Positions 1-8,778 are shown, counted from the first letter of the stretch. The stretch: 32,000 nucleotides of DNA from Pseudomonas aeruginosa (GCF_001457615.1 NZ_LN831024.1:6240001-6272000); one strand, 5' to 3'. Translations and numbers: made by a program. Notes: generated by a model from the sequence alone, not told the origin.

Positions 1-1883
1 GGGTAGTCGGTGGGCACGTTGGCGGTCTTGGAGATCGACGAATCGACCCACTTCTGCGCCGCCGCCTGGATGTCCACGTGCTGCGCCGGGGTGACGCTGT
101 CGGCGGTGATGAAGTAGTCCGGCAGGCGTCGCGCCGGGTCGTCGCTGTCCGGCAGGGCCTGGGCGTTGACCAGGGTCCGGTAGGCCAGCAGCTCGTAGCT
201 GTAGACCTCGACCTTTTCCTTGGTCTTGCGGCCTTCGCGGATAAGGTTGCGCGAATAATGGTGGGCGAAGCTCGGCTCGATACCGTTGGAGGCATTGTTG
301 GCCAGGCTCAGGCTGATGGTCCCGGTCGGCGCGATGGAGCTGTGGTGGGTGAAGCGCGCGCCGGTTTCAGCCAACGCCTCGATCAGTTCCGGAGCATGTT
401 CGGCGACCCGCTGCATGTAGCGGGAATACTTGGCGTGAAGCACGCTGCCGCGGATGCGGTCGCCGGCCTTATAGCCATCGGCGGCCATTTCCGGACGCTT
501 GCGAAGCATTTCCGCGGTGACTTCGTAGTCCTGCGCCAGGATCGGCGCCGGGCCCTTCTCCCTGGCCAGCTCCAGGGCCACTTCCCAGCCCACCAAGGCC
601 ATTTCCCGCGCCACTTCCTCGGTGAATACGCAGGCCTCGGGACTGCCGTAGCGCAGCTTGAGCAGGGTCAGGGTCGAGCCCAGGCCGAGGAAGCCCATGC
701 CATGCCGGCGCTTGCCAAGGATTTCCTGGCGTTGCTGTTCCAGCGGCAGGCCGTTGATTTCCACCACGTTGTCGAGCATCCGGGTAAACACCCGCACCAC
801 TTCGCGGAAACGGTCCCAGTCGAAGCGCGCCTCGTCGCCAAATGGCTGCTCGACGAAGCAGGTGAGGTTGACCGAGCCGAGCAGACACGAGCCGTACGGC
901 GGCAGAGGCTGCTCGCCGCAGGGGTTGGTGGCGCGGATCGCCTCGCACCACCAGTTGTTGTTCAGTTCGTTGACCCGGTCGATGAGGATGAAGCCCGGCT
1001 CCGCATAGTCGTAGGTGGAGACCATGATCATGTCCCACAGGTGGCGGGCGCGGACCTGGCCGTAGACCTTGCAGGCGACCAGCCCGTCGGCGCGCTGGAC
1101 GTAGTCGTCCTGGATCGGCCATTCGCGCCAGACCACCGCGTTGGGGTCGTCGAGGTCGATCTCGTCGCGCTCCTTCACGTGCACCGGGAATACCAGCGGC
1201 CAGTCGGCGTCCTGTTCCACCGCCTGCATGAACTGGTCGGTGATCAGCAGGCTCAGGTTGAACTGGCGCAAGCGCCCGTCCTCGCGCTTGGCGCGGATGA
1301 ATTCGCGGACGTCCGGGTGGCTGACATCGAAGGTGCCCATCTGCGCGCCGCGGCGGCCGCCGGCGGAGCTGACGGTGAAGCACATCTTGTCGTAGATGTC
1401 CATGAACGACAGCGGCCCGCTGGTGTAGGCACCGGCACCGGAAACGTAGGCGCCGCGCGGGCGCAGGGTGCTGAACTCATAGCCGATGCCGCAGCCGGCC
1501 TTGAGCGTCAGGCCGGCCTCGTGGACTTTCTCGAGGATGTTGTCCATGGAGTCCTGGATGGTCCCGGACACCGTGCAGTTGATGGTCGAGGTGGCCGGCT
1601 TGTGCCCCAGGGCGCCGGCGTTGGAGATGATCCGGCCGGCCGGGATGGCACCGTTGCGCAGGGCCCAGAGGAAGCGCCCGTACCAGTGTTCGCGGGAGGC
1701 CTTTTCCTCGACATCGGCAAGGGCGCGGGCGACGCGTTGCCAGGTACCGTCGACGCTGGCATCCACCGGCGTACCGTCCTTGCTCTTGAGCCGGTACTTC
1801 TTGTCCCAGATATCCTGCGACGCGTCCTGCAGGGCGATGGTCCCGCGTTCGGTGCGGGGACTGCGTGCGTCTGTCTTGGCCAT
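1..1883 (-). CDS. nrdJa: Class II (adenosylcobalamin-dependent) ribonucleotide reductase, N-terminal ~627 codons; the 3' part lies beyond the left edge
   Basis: ATG at 1883-1881 (minus) sits 11 nt after GGGAGG (complement of cctccc 1895-1900). The frame stays open to position 1, so it is absent from the complete-ORF track. My hand translation begins MAKTDARSPRTERGTIALQDASQDIWDKKYRLKSKDGTPVDASVDGTW, recognised as Pseudomonas NrdJa. The plus-strand ORF 78..1961 is its antisense shadow. Confidence 0.85.
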   Translation of the reverse strand, partial: MAKTDARSPRTERGTIALQDASQDIWDKKYRLKSKDGTPVDASVDGTWQRVARALADVEEKASREHWYGRFLWALRNGAIPAGRIISNAGALGHKPATSTINCTVSGTIQDSMDNILEKVHEAGLTLKAGCGIGYEFSTLRPRGAYVSGAGAYTSGPLSFMDIYDKMCFTVSSAGGRRGAQMGTFDVSHPDVREFIRAKREDGRLRQFNLSLLITDQFMQAVEQDADWPLVFPVHVKERDEIDLDDPNAVVWREWPIQDDYVQRADGLVACKVYGQVRARHLWDMIMVSTYDYAEPGFILIDRVNELNNNWWCEAIRATNPCGEQPLPPYGSCLLGSVNLTCFVEQPFGDEARFDWDRFREVVRVFTRMLDNVVEINGLPLEQQRQEILGKRRHGMGFLGLGSTLTLLKLRYGSPEACVFTEEVAREMALVGWEVALELAREKGPAPILAQDYEVTAEMLRKRPEMAADGYKAGDRIRGSVLHAKYSRYMQRVAEHAPELIEALAETGARFTHHSSIAPTGTISLSLANNASNGIEPSFAHHYSRNLIREGRKTKEKVEVYSYELLAYRTLVNAQALPDSDDPARRLPDYFITADSVTPAQHVDIQAAAQKWVDSSISKTANVPTDY

Positions 1884-1934
1884 CCGCTGATTAACCTCCC
1901 GATGGTTGTTGGGGCGTCCGAAGCCGGCCACCGT

Positions 1935-1950
1935 ACGCAACATCTAGTTA
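1935..1950 (-). promoter_or_regulatory. NrdR-box-like element (promoter-proximal) upstream of nrdJa
   Basis: The minus strand reads TAACTAGATGTTGCGT, about 11/16 matches to the NrdR palindrome as I remember it (acaCwAtATaTwgtgt). Its start lies 31 nt after the start of the other box, the spacing typical of tandem NrdR boxes. Confidence 0.4.
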
Positions 1951-1965
1951 TCCGTACCTGACGGG

Positions 1966-1981
1966 AATCAATATCTTGTGT
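1966..1981 (-). promoter_or_regulatory. NrdR-box-like element (promoter-distal) upstream of nrdJa
   Basis: The minus strand reads ACACAAGATATTGATT, about 12-13/16 matches to the remembered NrdR box. It is embedded between 6-bp inverted repeats CCTGAC/GTCAGG (1957-1962 / 1980-1985). Confidence 0.45.
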
Positions 1982-2014
1982 CAGGCAGCAACAGACAACC
2001 TTAGTCATCGGGAC

Positions 2015-2036
2015 GCCGCGCGCAAGAGGGCGCGGC
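2015..2036 (-). terminator. GC-rich stem-loop 17 nt downstream of the znuA stop (possible terminator, no U-tract)
   Basis: GCCGCGC (2015-2021) pairs with GCGCGGC (2030-2036), with an 8-nt loop. No T-run follows on the minus strand, so termination activity is uncertain. Confidence 0.3.
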
Positions 2037-2052
2037 CATCAGTCACGGGTTT

Positions 2053-2988
2053 TCAGAGCTTTTCCAGACAGCCGGCAAATTCGCCTGCCAGGTTGTTCAG
2101 AAGATTCTCATAGCCGTTGGCGTCCACGCTCACGTTCACGCCCAGGTCGTCCAGTTCGGCCAGGCGCACCGGCAGGCCTTCGCTGAGGGTGTCGGCCAGC
2201 CGCGGTCGAAGCGGCGGCTCGCTGAAGATGCAGGCCGGACCGGCGGCCTTCAGCTGGGCGCGCATGGCGGCGACATGGCGTGCTCCCGGCTGGACCTCCG
2301 CAGATACCGCGAACACGCCGGTATGGCGCAATCCGTAGGCTTCCTCGAAATAGTCGAAGGCTTCATGGAAGACGAAGAAAGGCTTGCCGGCAAGCTTGCC
2401 CAGGCGTTCGCGGAGTTTGCCGTCGAGCCCGCCGAGGCGCTCCTCGAAGGCCTTCAGGTTGGCCCGGTAGCGCCCGGCGTTGGCCGGGTCGACCTGGGCC
2501 AGGTCCTCGGCCATCCGCGCGGCGATGGTGCGGGCGTTGGCCGGCAACAGCCAGAGGTGGGCGTCGAGCATGCCGGGACGATGGTCATGGTCGTGCTCGT
2601 CGTGCCCGGCATGCTCCTCTTCCTCGAAATTGACGAACTTGCGCAGGTGCATGCCCGGCAGGTCCTGCACCGCGACGCTGGCGCCCTGGCGGCCGGCGAG
2701 CACCTTGGGCAGGAAGTTCTCCAGGTCCGGGCCGATCCAGTAGAACAATTGCACCTCGCGCAGCCGCCGTACGTCGGAAGGACGCAGGGCGTACTGGTGC
2801 GGCGAGGCGCCCGGCGGCAGCAGTACGTCCGGCTGGCCGACGCCGTCCTGGATGGCCGCGGCGACCAGTTGCAGCGGTTTGATGCTGGTCAGCACGCTGA
2901 CCTCGGCGCGCGCCGGCGAAGCCAGCAGGAACAGGGCGAAGCAGGCGGACAGCAGGGCAAAGGGACGCAGGGTCACGGCGGCACTCAC
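2053..2988 (-). CDS. znuA: Periplasmic zinc-binding protein ZnuA of the ZnuABC importer
   Basis: C-terminal 311 codons of ORF 2053..3411. Signal-peptide-like N-terminus (SAAVTLRPFALLSACFALFLLASPARA) and the acidic/His-rich loop EEEEHAGHDEHDHDHRPG typical of ZnuA. No in-frame ATG exists. GTG at 2988 or GTG at 2976 is the likely start, because the longer ORF would run through the Zur box and into zur. The start is uncertain by 12 nt. Confidence 0.88.
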   Translation of the reverse strand: MSAAVTLRPFALLSACFALFLLASPARAEVSVLTSIKPLQLVAAAIQDGVGQPDVLLPPGASPHQYALRPSDVRRLREVQLFYWIGPDLENFLPKVLAGRQGASVAVQDLPGMHLRKFVNFEEEEHAGHDEHDHDHRPGMLDAHLWLLPANARTIAARMAEDLAQVDPANAGRYRANLKAFEERLGGLDGKLRERLGKLAGKPFFVFHEAFDYFEEAYGLRHTGVFAVSAEVQPGARHVAAMRAQLKAAGPACIFSEPPLRPRLADTLSEGLPVRLAELDDLGVNVSVDANGYENLLNNLAGEFAGCLEKL

Positions 2989-3005
2989 ATGAAAGGTGGT
3001 TAGCG

Positions 3006-3020
3006 GGTAATATAATAACG
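3006..3020. promoter_or_regulatory. Zur box in the znuA / zur-znuCB divergent control region
   Basis: gGTAATATAATAACg aligns with the gamma-proteobacterial Zur core TGTTATAnTATAACA (about 11 of 14 defined positions). It overlaps a perfect TATAAT (3011-3016) on the plus strand, 30 nt upstream of the zur ATG. Confidence 0.6.
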
Positions 3021-3045
3021 TCTCTACCCTCGAGCGTCGCAGCCC

Positions 3046-3549
3046 ATGTACAAGATTGCGCCCAAGACCCCGCTGGCCTGCCAGCCCCATGACCACAGCC
3101 AGTGCGTCAGCACCGCGCTGGCCGAGGCCGATGCGCTGTGCGCGCGCCAGGGCGTACGCCTGACCGAATTGCGGCGGCGCGTGCTGGAGCTGGTCTGGCA
3201 GAGCCACAAGCCGCTGGGGGCCTACGATATCCTCGCGGTGCTCAGCGAAACCGACGGCCGCCGCGCCGCGCCGCCGACCGTCTACCGCGCGCTGGACTTC
3301 CTCCAGGAGAACGGCCTGGTGCACCGCATCGCCTCGCTCAACGCGTTCGTCGGCTGCAACAACCCGGAGCACAGCCACCAGGGCCAGTTCCTCATCTGCC
3401 GCACCTGCCACACCGCGATCGAGCTGGAACAGCCGGATATCAGCCGGGCCATCGTCGCCGGAGCGAACAGCGTCGGCTTCGCCGTTGAAAGCCAGACCGT
3501 CGAGGTGGTCGGCCTCTGCGGCACCTGCCGGGACCAGAAGGACGCCTGA
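3046..3549 (+). CDS. zur: Fur-family zinc uptake regulator Zur (Np20)
   Basis: 167 aa. Fur-family winged helix ([25 protein letters not shown]) and C-terminal CxxC pairs (CRTC, CGTC). Located next to znuCB. Its stop overlaps the znuC ATG (TGATG at 3547-3551). Confidence 0.9.
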   Translation: MYKIAPKTPLACQPHDHSQCVSTALAEADALCARQGVRLTELRRRVLELVWQSHKPLGAYDILAVLSETDGRRAAPPTVYRALDFLQENGLVHRIASLNAFVGCNNPEHSHQGQFLICRTCHTAIELEQPDISRAIVAGANSVGFAVESQTVEVVGLCGTCRDQKDA

Positions 3550-4358
3550 TGGACAACGCGCTGGTGCGGCTGACCCAGGTCGGCGTGTCCTTCAACGGCC
3601 AGGCGGTGCTGAGCGATGTCGACCTGGCCATCGAGCCCGGCCAGATCGTCACCCTGATCGGCCCCAACGGCGCCGGCAAGACCACCCTGGTACGCAGCGT
3701 GCTCGGCCTGCTCAAGCCGCACGTCGGCGAGGTCTGGCGACGGCCGCGGCTGACCATCGGCTACATGCCGCAGAAACTCCACGTCGACGCCACCCTGCCG
3801 CTCAGCGTACTGCGCTTCCTCCGCCTGGTACCCGGGGTCAGGCGCGAGCAGGCGCTGGCGGCGTTGCGCGAGGTCGGCGCGGCGCACGTGCTGGAGCGCC
3901 CGCTGCAAAGCATTTCCGGTGGCGAACTGCAACGCGTGCTGCTGGCCCGCGCTCTGCTGCGCAAGCCCGAGCTACTGGTGCTCGACGAGCCGGTGCAGGG
4001 CGTCGACGTCGCCGGCCAGGCCGAACTCTACCGCCTCATCGGCAAACTGCGCGACCGCTACGGCTGCGGTGTGCTGATGGTCTCCCACGACCTGCACCTG
4101 GTGATGAGCGCCACCGACCAGGTGGTCTGCCTGAACCGCCATGTCTGCTGCTCAGGGCACCCCGAGCAGGTCAGCGGCGACCCGGCCTTCGTCGAGCTGT
4201 TCGGCCAGGACGCTCGCAGCCTGGCGATCTACCACCACCATCACGACCACGCCCACGACCTCCACGGCGAGGTGGTCAAGGCCGGTCCCGGCGCCTTGCC
4301 TCCAGGCACCCGCTTCACTCCTGTCCACAAGCACGGCCCCGACTGCAACCATGGCTGA
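3549..4358 (+). CDS. znuC: Zinc ABC transporter ATP-binding protein ZnuC
   Basis: Walker [10 protein letters not shown], signature SGGELQRV, Walker B LLVLDEP. Near-colinear with E. coli ZnuC as I remember it, including the [10 protein letters not shown] segment. Overlaps znuB by 8 nt. Confidence 0.93.
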   Translation: MDNALVRLTQVGVSFNGQAVLSDVDLAIEPGQIVTLIGPNGAGKTTLVRSVLGLLKPHVGEVWRRPRLTIGYMPQKLHVDATLPLSVLRFLRLVPGVRREQALAALREVGAAHVLERPLQSISGGELQRVLLARALLRKPELLVLDEPVQGVDVAGQAELYRLIGKLRDRYGCGVLMVSHDLHLVMSATDQVVCLNRHVCCSGHPEQVSGDPAFVELFGQDARSLAIYHHHHDHAHDLHGEVVKAGPGALPPGTRFTPVHKHGPDCNHG

Positions 4359-5139
4359 CTTCCTGCTCAACGCCCTCCTCGCCGGCCTCGCCCTGGCCCT
4401 GGTGGCTGGCCCCCTGGGCTCCTTCGTGGTCTGGCGGCGGATGGCCTATTTCGGCGATACCCTGTCCCACGCCGCACTGCTCGGGGTAGCCCTGGGTTTC
4501 CTCCTCGATGTCAGCCCGACCCTGGCTGTGACCGTCGGCTGCGTGCTGCTCGCAGTGCTGCTGGTGACCCTGCAGCAGCGCCAGCCGCTGGCCGCCGACA
4601 CCCTGCTGGGCATCCTCGCCCACAGCACCCTGTCGCTGGGCCTGGTCACCCTGAGCTTCATGAGGGAAGTGCGGGTCGACCTGATGGCTTACCTGTTCGG
4701 CGATCTGCTGGCGGTAAGCGCCAGCGACCTGCTGTGGATAATCGCCGGCAGCGCGCTGGTCCTGGCACTGATCTGCTTCCTCTGGCGGCCGCTGCTGGCG
4801 ATCACCGTGCACGAGGAACTGGCGAAGGTGGAAGGCCTGCCGGTCGGAGCGATCCGCCTGGCGCTGATGTTGCTGATCGCCATCGTCATCGCCGTGGCGA
4901 TGAAGATCGTCGGCGTACTGCTGATCACCTCGCTGCTGATCATTCCCGCCGCCGCCGCCCAGCGCCATGCCCGCAGTCCCGAGCAGATGGCGGTCGGCGC
5001 CAGCCTGCTGGGACTGGTCGCGGTGTGCGCCGGCCTGGCCCTGTCCTGGTTCAAGGATACCCCCGCCGGCCCCTCGATCGTGGTCAGCGCCGCCGGCCTG
5101 TTCCTGCTGAGTTTTGTCCTGCCCCGCCGCACGGTGTAG
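4351..5139 (+). CDS. znuB: Zinc ABC transporter permease ZnuB
   Basis: Internal ATG (4351) of ORF 4141..5139 gives [36 protein letters not shown], the typical ZnuB/ABC-3 N-terminus. Polytopic and hydrophobic throughout. Confidence 0.92.
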   Translation: MADFLLNALLAGLALALVAGPLGSFVVWRRMAYFGDTLSHAALLGVALGFLLDVSPTLAVTVGCVLLAVLLVTLQQRQPLAADTLLGILAHSTLSLGLVTLSFMREVRVDLMAYLFGDLLAVSASDLLWIIAGSALVLALICFLWRPLLAITVHEELAKVEGLPVGAIRLALMLLIAIVIAVAMKIVGVLLITSLLIIPAAAAQRHARSPEQMAVGASLLGLVAVCAGLALSWFKDTPAGPSIVVSAAGLFLLSFVLPRRTV

Positions 5140-5177
5140 AATCTGGCGATTTTTTGACCAAACGAGAACCCGCAGGA

Positions 5178-5969
5178 ATGATGTCGTCCTTCTTTCGCCT
5201 GCTGTCCGTCCTGGCGGCGGCGCTGCTGGTCAGCGCCTGCCAGGGCAATGCGTCGTCGCAACCGACGCCGGTGGTCGCGCCCCAGGCGCAGCCCGCCGAT
5301 CCCTACGCCGAACTGCAGCAGACCCTGGCCGCCGGCAAGCTCGAACAGGCCGAGCAACAATGGCTGGCCCTGCGCAGCGCAGCCGCCGGCGACGAGCGCG
5401 TCGAAGCGTTCCGCCGCCAGTTGGCCGAGGCCTACATGCAGCGCGGGGAAACCGCGCTGCGTCAAGGAGACCTCAACACCGCCACCAGCGCCCTCGGCCA
5501 TGCCCGCGGACTGATGCCCAAAGCGCCGGCGCTGACCGCCGGGCTGGACGGTGCGATCAACCGCGCCAAGGTCGATCCCGCCCGCGCCGAGCAGGCCCGA
5601 CGCATGCAGCAGGCGGCCCAGCAGCAGATGCAGCAGATCATCCAGACGCCGCCCGGCGGCGAGCTGAAGCCGCTACCCGGCGCTCCCCACCTGATCGATC
5701 CGCAAGCGGCCAGCAGCGCCGTGCCCCTGCCGATGCTCGACGGCACCGGCCAGGGCGGCCTCGGTGCGGTGCTCGACGCGGTGGCCGCGGATGTCGTCGC
5801 CTACCGTTGCAGGGTGCATATCGAAGTGCGCCGGGACAGCGACTATCCGCTGGTTTCCGACCAGCTCCTGGCGCGGGTGAAGAAGCTCTCACCCGATTTC
5901 GACCTGCATCTCAGCCATGTCGTACAGGCCGACAAGCCAACCCGATTGATACTTACCCCCCGGAATTGA
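5178..5969 (+). CDS. Putative lipoprotein of unknown function
   Basis: Internal ATG of ORF 4734..5969. MMSSFFRLLSVLAAALLVSAC is a signal peptide with a lipobox Cys. There is a Gln-rich low-complexity middle (RRMQQAAQQQMQQIIQ). It starts 38 nt after the znuB stop. Confidence 0.72.
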   Translation: MMSSFFRLLSVLAAALLVSACQGNASSQPTPVVAPQAQPADPYAELQQTLAAGKLEQAEQQWLALRSAAAGDERVEAFRRQLAEAYMQRGETALRQGDLNTATSALGHARGLMPKAPALTAGLDGAINRAKVDPARAEQARRMQQAAQQQMQQIIQTPPGGELKPLPGAPHLIDPQAASSAVPLPMLDGTGQGGLGAVLDAVAADVVAYRCRVHIEVRRDSDYPLVSDQLLARVKKLSPDFDLHLSHVVQADKPTRLILTPRN

Positions 5970-6175
5970 GACCGGTCCTGCCCCGGCCGCAGCAGAAAGC
6001 GCTTGTCGGGAGCGCACCAGACGCTTATTCCATTTCAATGATTTTTCATCACCAATAAATATTAATAATGCATAAGAAAGCAAGGTAAAATGCTCGGTTT
6101 AGCTGACCGCCCATGCTTCCCGCCAAGCCCGTGCTCCAGCCGTAACAGCATCGCCGCACCCACAAGGTTCGCCCA

Positions 6176-7183
6176 GTGATCGAATTCCACGACGTCCACA
6201 AGACCTATCGAGTTGCCGGTCGGGAAATCCCCGCCTTGCAACCGACCCGCCTGAACATCCAGGCCGGGCAGATTTTCGGCCTGATCGGCCATTCCGGTGC
6301 CGGCAAGAGCACCCTGCTGCGCCTGATCAACCGCCTCGAGGAGCCCAGCGGCGGCCGCATCCTGGTCGAGGGCGAAGACGTCACCGCCCTCGACGCCGAA
6401 GGCCTGCGCCGTTTCCGCCAGCGCGTCGGGATGATCTTCCAGCACTTCAACCTGCTGTCCTCGAAGACCGTCGCCGACAACATCGCCATGCCCCTGCGCC
6501 TGGCCGGCGGCTTCAGCCGTGCCGAAGTCGATGCGCGGGTCTCCGAGCTGCTCGCGCGGGTCGGCCTGTCCGACCACGCGCGCAAGTATCCGGCCCAGCT
6601 CTCCGGCGGACAGAAACAGCGCGTCGGCATCGCTCGCGCCCTGGCCTGCCGGCCGAGCATCCTGCTCTGCGACGAGGCCACCAGCGCCCTCGATCCGCAG
6701 ACCACCGCCTCGGTCCTGCAACTGCTGGCGGAAATCAATCGCGAGCTGAAGCTGACCATCGTCCTCATCACCCACGAGATGGACGTGATCCGCCGTGTCT
6801 GCGACCAGGTCGCGGTCATGGACGGCGGCGCCATCGTCGAGCAGGGCGATGTCGCCGATGTCTTCCTCCATCCGCAGCACCCGACCACCCGCCGCTTCGT
6901 GTTCGAGGCCGAACGAGTCGACGAGGACGAGCGCCACGACGATTTCGCCCACGTGCCGGGTCTCATCCTGCGCCTGACCTTCCGCGGCGAAGCCACCTAT
7001 GCGCCGCTGCTGGGCACCGTGGCGCGGCAGACCGGGGTCGACTACAGCATCCTTTCCGGACGCATCGACCGCATCAAGGACACGCCCTACGGCCAGTTGA
7101 CCCTGGCCCTGGTCGGCGGTGACCTGGAAGCCGCCATGAGCCAGTTGAACGCCGCTGACGTACATGTGGAGGTACTGCGCTGA
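6176..7183 (+). CDS. metN: Methionine ABC importer ATP-binding protein MetN
   Basis: GTG start. N-terminus aligns with E. coli MetN ([10 protein letters not shown] ... [10 protein letters not shown]). Signature SGGQKQRV, Walker [10 protein letters not shown]-terminal NIL-type regulatory domain. Its stop overlaps the metI ATG (7181-7185). Confidence 0.92.
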   Translation: MIEFHDVHKTYRVAGREIPALQPTRLNIQAGQIFGLIGHSGAGKSTLLRLINRLEEPSGGRILVEGEDVTALDAEGLRRFRQRVGMIFQHFNLLSSKTVADNIAMPLRLAGGFSRAEVDARVSELLARVGLSDHARKYPAQLSGGQKQRVGIARALACRPSILLCDEATSALDPQTTASVLQLLAEINRELKLTIVLITHEMDVIRRVCDQVAVMDGGAIVEQGDVADVFLHPQHPTTRRFVFEAERVDEDERHDDFAHVPGLILRLTFRGEATYAPLLGTVARQTGVDYSILSGRIDRIKDTPYGQLTLALVGGDLEAAMSQLNAADVHVEVLR

Positions 7184-7860
7184 TGGACTTCTTCGAAACC
7201 ATGAGCTTCGCCAACATCGACTGGTACGAAATCTGGCTGGCCAGCGTCGACACCTTCTGGATGCTCGGCGGTTCGCTGCTGTTCACAGTGGTCCTCGGCC
7301 TGCCCCTCGGCGTCCTGCTGTTCCTTACCGGGCCACGGCAGATGTTCGAGCAGAAGGCGGTCTACACCCTGCTCTCGCTAGTGGTGAACATCCTCCGTTC
7401 GTTGCCGTTCATCATCCTGCTGATCGTGATGATCCCGCTGACCGTACTGATCACCGGTACCTCGCTGGGCGTCGCCGGGGCCATCCCGCCGCTGGTGGTG
7501 GGCGCCACGCCGTTCTTCGCGCGCCTGGTGGAAACCGCGCTGCGCGAGGTCGACAAGGGCATCATCGAGGCAACCCAGGCGATGGGCGCCAGCACCCGGC
7601 AGATCATCTGGAACGCCCTGCTGCCGGAAGCCCGGCCGGGCATCATCGCCGCCATCACCGTCACCGCCATCACCCTGGTCTCGTACACCGCGATGGCCGG
7701 AGTGGTCGGCGCCGGCGGGCTGGGCGACCTGGCGATCCGCTTCGGCTATCAGCGCTTCCAGACCGACGTGATGGTGGTCACGGTGGTGATGCTGCTGATC
7801 CTCGTCCAGATTCTGCAAACCGTGGGCGACAAGCTGGTGGTGCACTTCTCGCGCAAGTAA
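7183..7860 (+). CDS. metI: Methionine ABC importer permease MetI
   Basis: 225 aa with 5 predicted TM segments and a MetI-type BPD permease loop (EATQAMGAS). Translationally coupled to metN. Confidence 0.92.
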   Translation: MDFFETMSFANIDWYEIWLASVDTFWMLGGSLLFTVVLGLPLGVLLFLTGPRQMFEQKAVYTLLSLVVNILRSLPFIILLIVMIPLTVLITGTSLGVAGAIPPLVVGATPFFARLVETALREVDKGIIEATQAMGASTRQIIWNALLPEARPGIIAAITVTAITLVSYTAMAGVVGAGGLGDLAIRFGYQRFQTDVMVVTVVMLLILVQILQTVGDKLVVHFSRK

Positions 7861-7936
7861 GCTTGCCGGCCAAGCCCAAAACCCTGAGCGCCGCGGTTAT
7901 CCACAGCCGCCAGGAACACCTCGAAAGGAGTTGAAG

Positions 7937-8719
7937 ATGAAAAAACTGCTTGCTGCTTTCTCCGCTGTCGCGGCGCTCGGCCTCACCGCCGCCCAGGCCG
8001 CCGAGTCCCTCACCGTCGCGGCCACCCCGGTGCCGCACGCGGAGATCCTCAACGTGGTCAAGCCGCTGCTGGCCAAGGAAGGCGTGGACCTGAAGATCAA
8101 GGAGTTCACCGACTACGTGCAGCCGAACGTGCAGGTCTCGGAAAAGCGCCTGGACGCCAACTTCTTCCAGCACCAGCCGTACCTCGATGAGTTCAACAAG
8201 GCCAAGGGCACCGACCTGGTCGCCGTGACCGGCGTACACATCGAGCCGCTGGGCGCCTACTCGAGCAAGTACAAGAAGCTCGACGAACTGCCTTCCGGCG
8301 CTACCGTGGTGATCCCCAACGACGCCACCAACGGCGGCCGCGCCCTGCTCCTGCTGGACAAGGCCGGGGTGATCAAGCTCAAGGACAACAAGAGCATCAC
8401 CGCCACGCCGAAGGACATCGTCGACAATCCGAAGAACATCAAGATCCGCGAACTGGAAGCCGCGACCCTGCCGCGCGTGCTGACCCAGGTCGACATGGCG
8501 CTGATCAATACCAACTACGCCCTGGAAGCCAAGCTGAACCCGACCAAGGATGCGCTGGCCATCGAAGGCAGCGACTCGCCCTACGTGAACATCCTCGTCG
8601 CGCGGCCGGACAACAAGGACAGCGACGCCATGCAGAAGCTGGCCAAGGCCCTGCACAGCGCCGAGGTCAAGCAGTTCATCCAGGAGAAATACAAAGGCGC
8701 GGTGGTACCGGCGTTCTGA
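7937..8719 (+). CDS. metQ: MetQ/NlpA-family methionine-binding periplasmic protein
   Basis: ATG at 7937 lies 7 nt after AAGGAG (7925-7930); the track's TTG at 7931 is less likely. Signal peptide MKKLLAAFSAVAALGLTAAQA has no lipobox Cys. NlpA family body (NFFQHQPYLDEFN, VVIPNDATNGGRAL). Confidence 0.9.
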   Translation: MKKLLAAFSAVAALGLTAAQAAESLTVAATPVPHAEILNVVKPLLAKEGVDLKIKEFTDYVQPNVQVSEKRLDANFFQHQPYLDEFNKAKGTDLVAVTGVHIEPLGAYSSKYKKLDELPSGATVVIPNDATNGGRALLLLDKAGVIKLKDNKSITATPKDIVDNPKNIKIRELEAATLPRVLTQVDMALINTNYALEAKLNPTKDALAIEGSDSPYVNILVARPDNKDSDAMQKLAKALHSAEVKQFIQEKYKGAVVPAF

Positions 8720-8743
8720 GCCAAGCCGCGTAACCGCCCCTGG

Positions 8744-8778
8744 AAAAAGCCCGGTCTTCGACCGGGCTTTTTCGTTTC
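8744..8778 (+). terminator. Rho-independent terminator of metNIQ
   Basis: AAAAAGCCCGGT (8744-8755) pairs with ACCGGGCTTTTT (8761-8772), 5-nt loop, followed by TTTTTCGTTTCC. Confidence 0.82.

Noticed and set aside
78-1961. 627-aa plus-strand ORF covering the left end of the window
   Set aside because: It is the antisense shadow of nrdJa. The minus-strand frame from ATG 1883 has an SD and translates to a recognisable class II RNR N-terminus. The plus-strand product is Arg/Gly/Ala/Val-rich and low in complexity, with no recognisable domain.
1884-2052. Possible cobalamin riboswitch in the nrdJa leader, since the enzyme is B12-dependent
   Set aside because: The leader is only about 50-100 nt after the NrdR-like boxes. 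I see no B12-box-like element or the multi-stem architecture a roughly 200-nt cobalamin riboswitch requires.
2989-3411. N-terminal extension of the znuA ORF (452-aa version of 2053..3411)
   Set aside because: The extension would run antisense through the Zur box, the promoter and the first 120 codons of zur. The recognisable ZnuA signal peptide begins right after GTG 2988.
6062-7165. 367-aa minus-strand ORF opposite metN (with similar shadows 6205..6996 and 7378..7845)
   Set aside because: Antisense to a clearly identified ABC ATPase and permease. The product has no motifs and a composition typical of GC-rich reverse frames.
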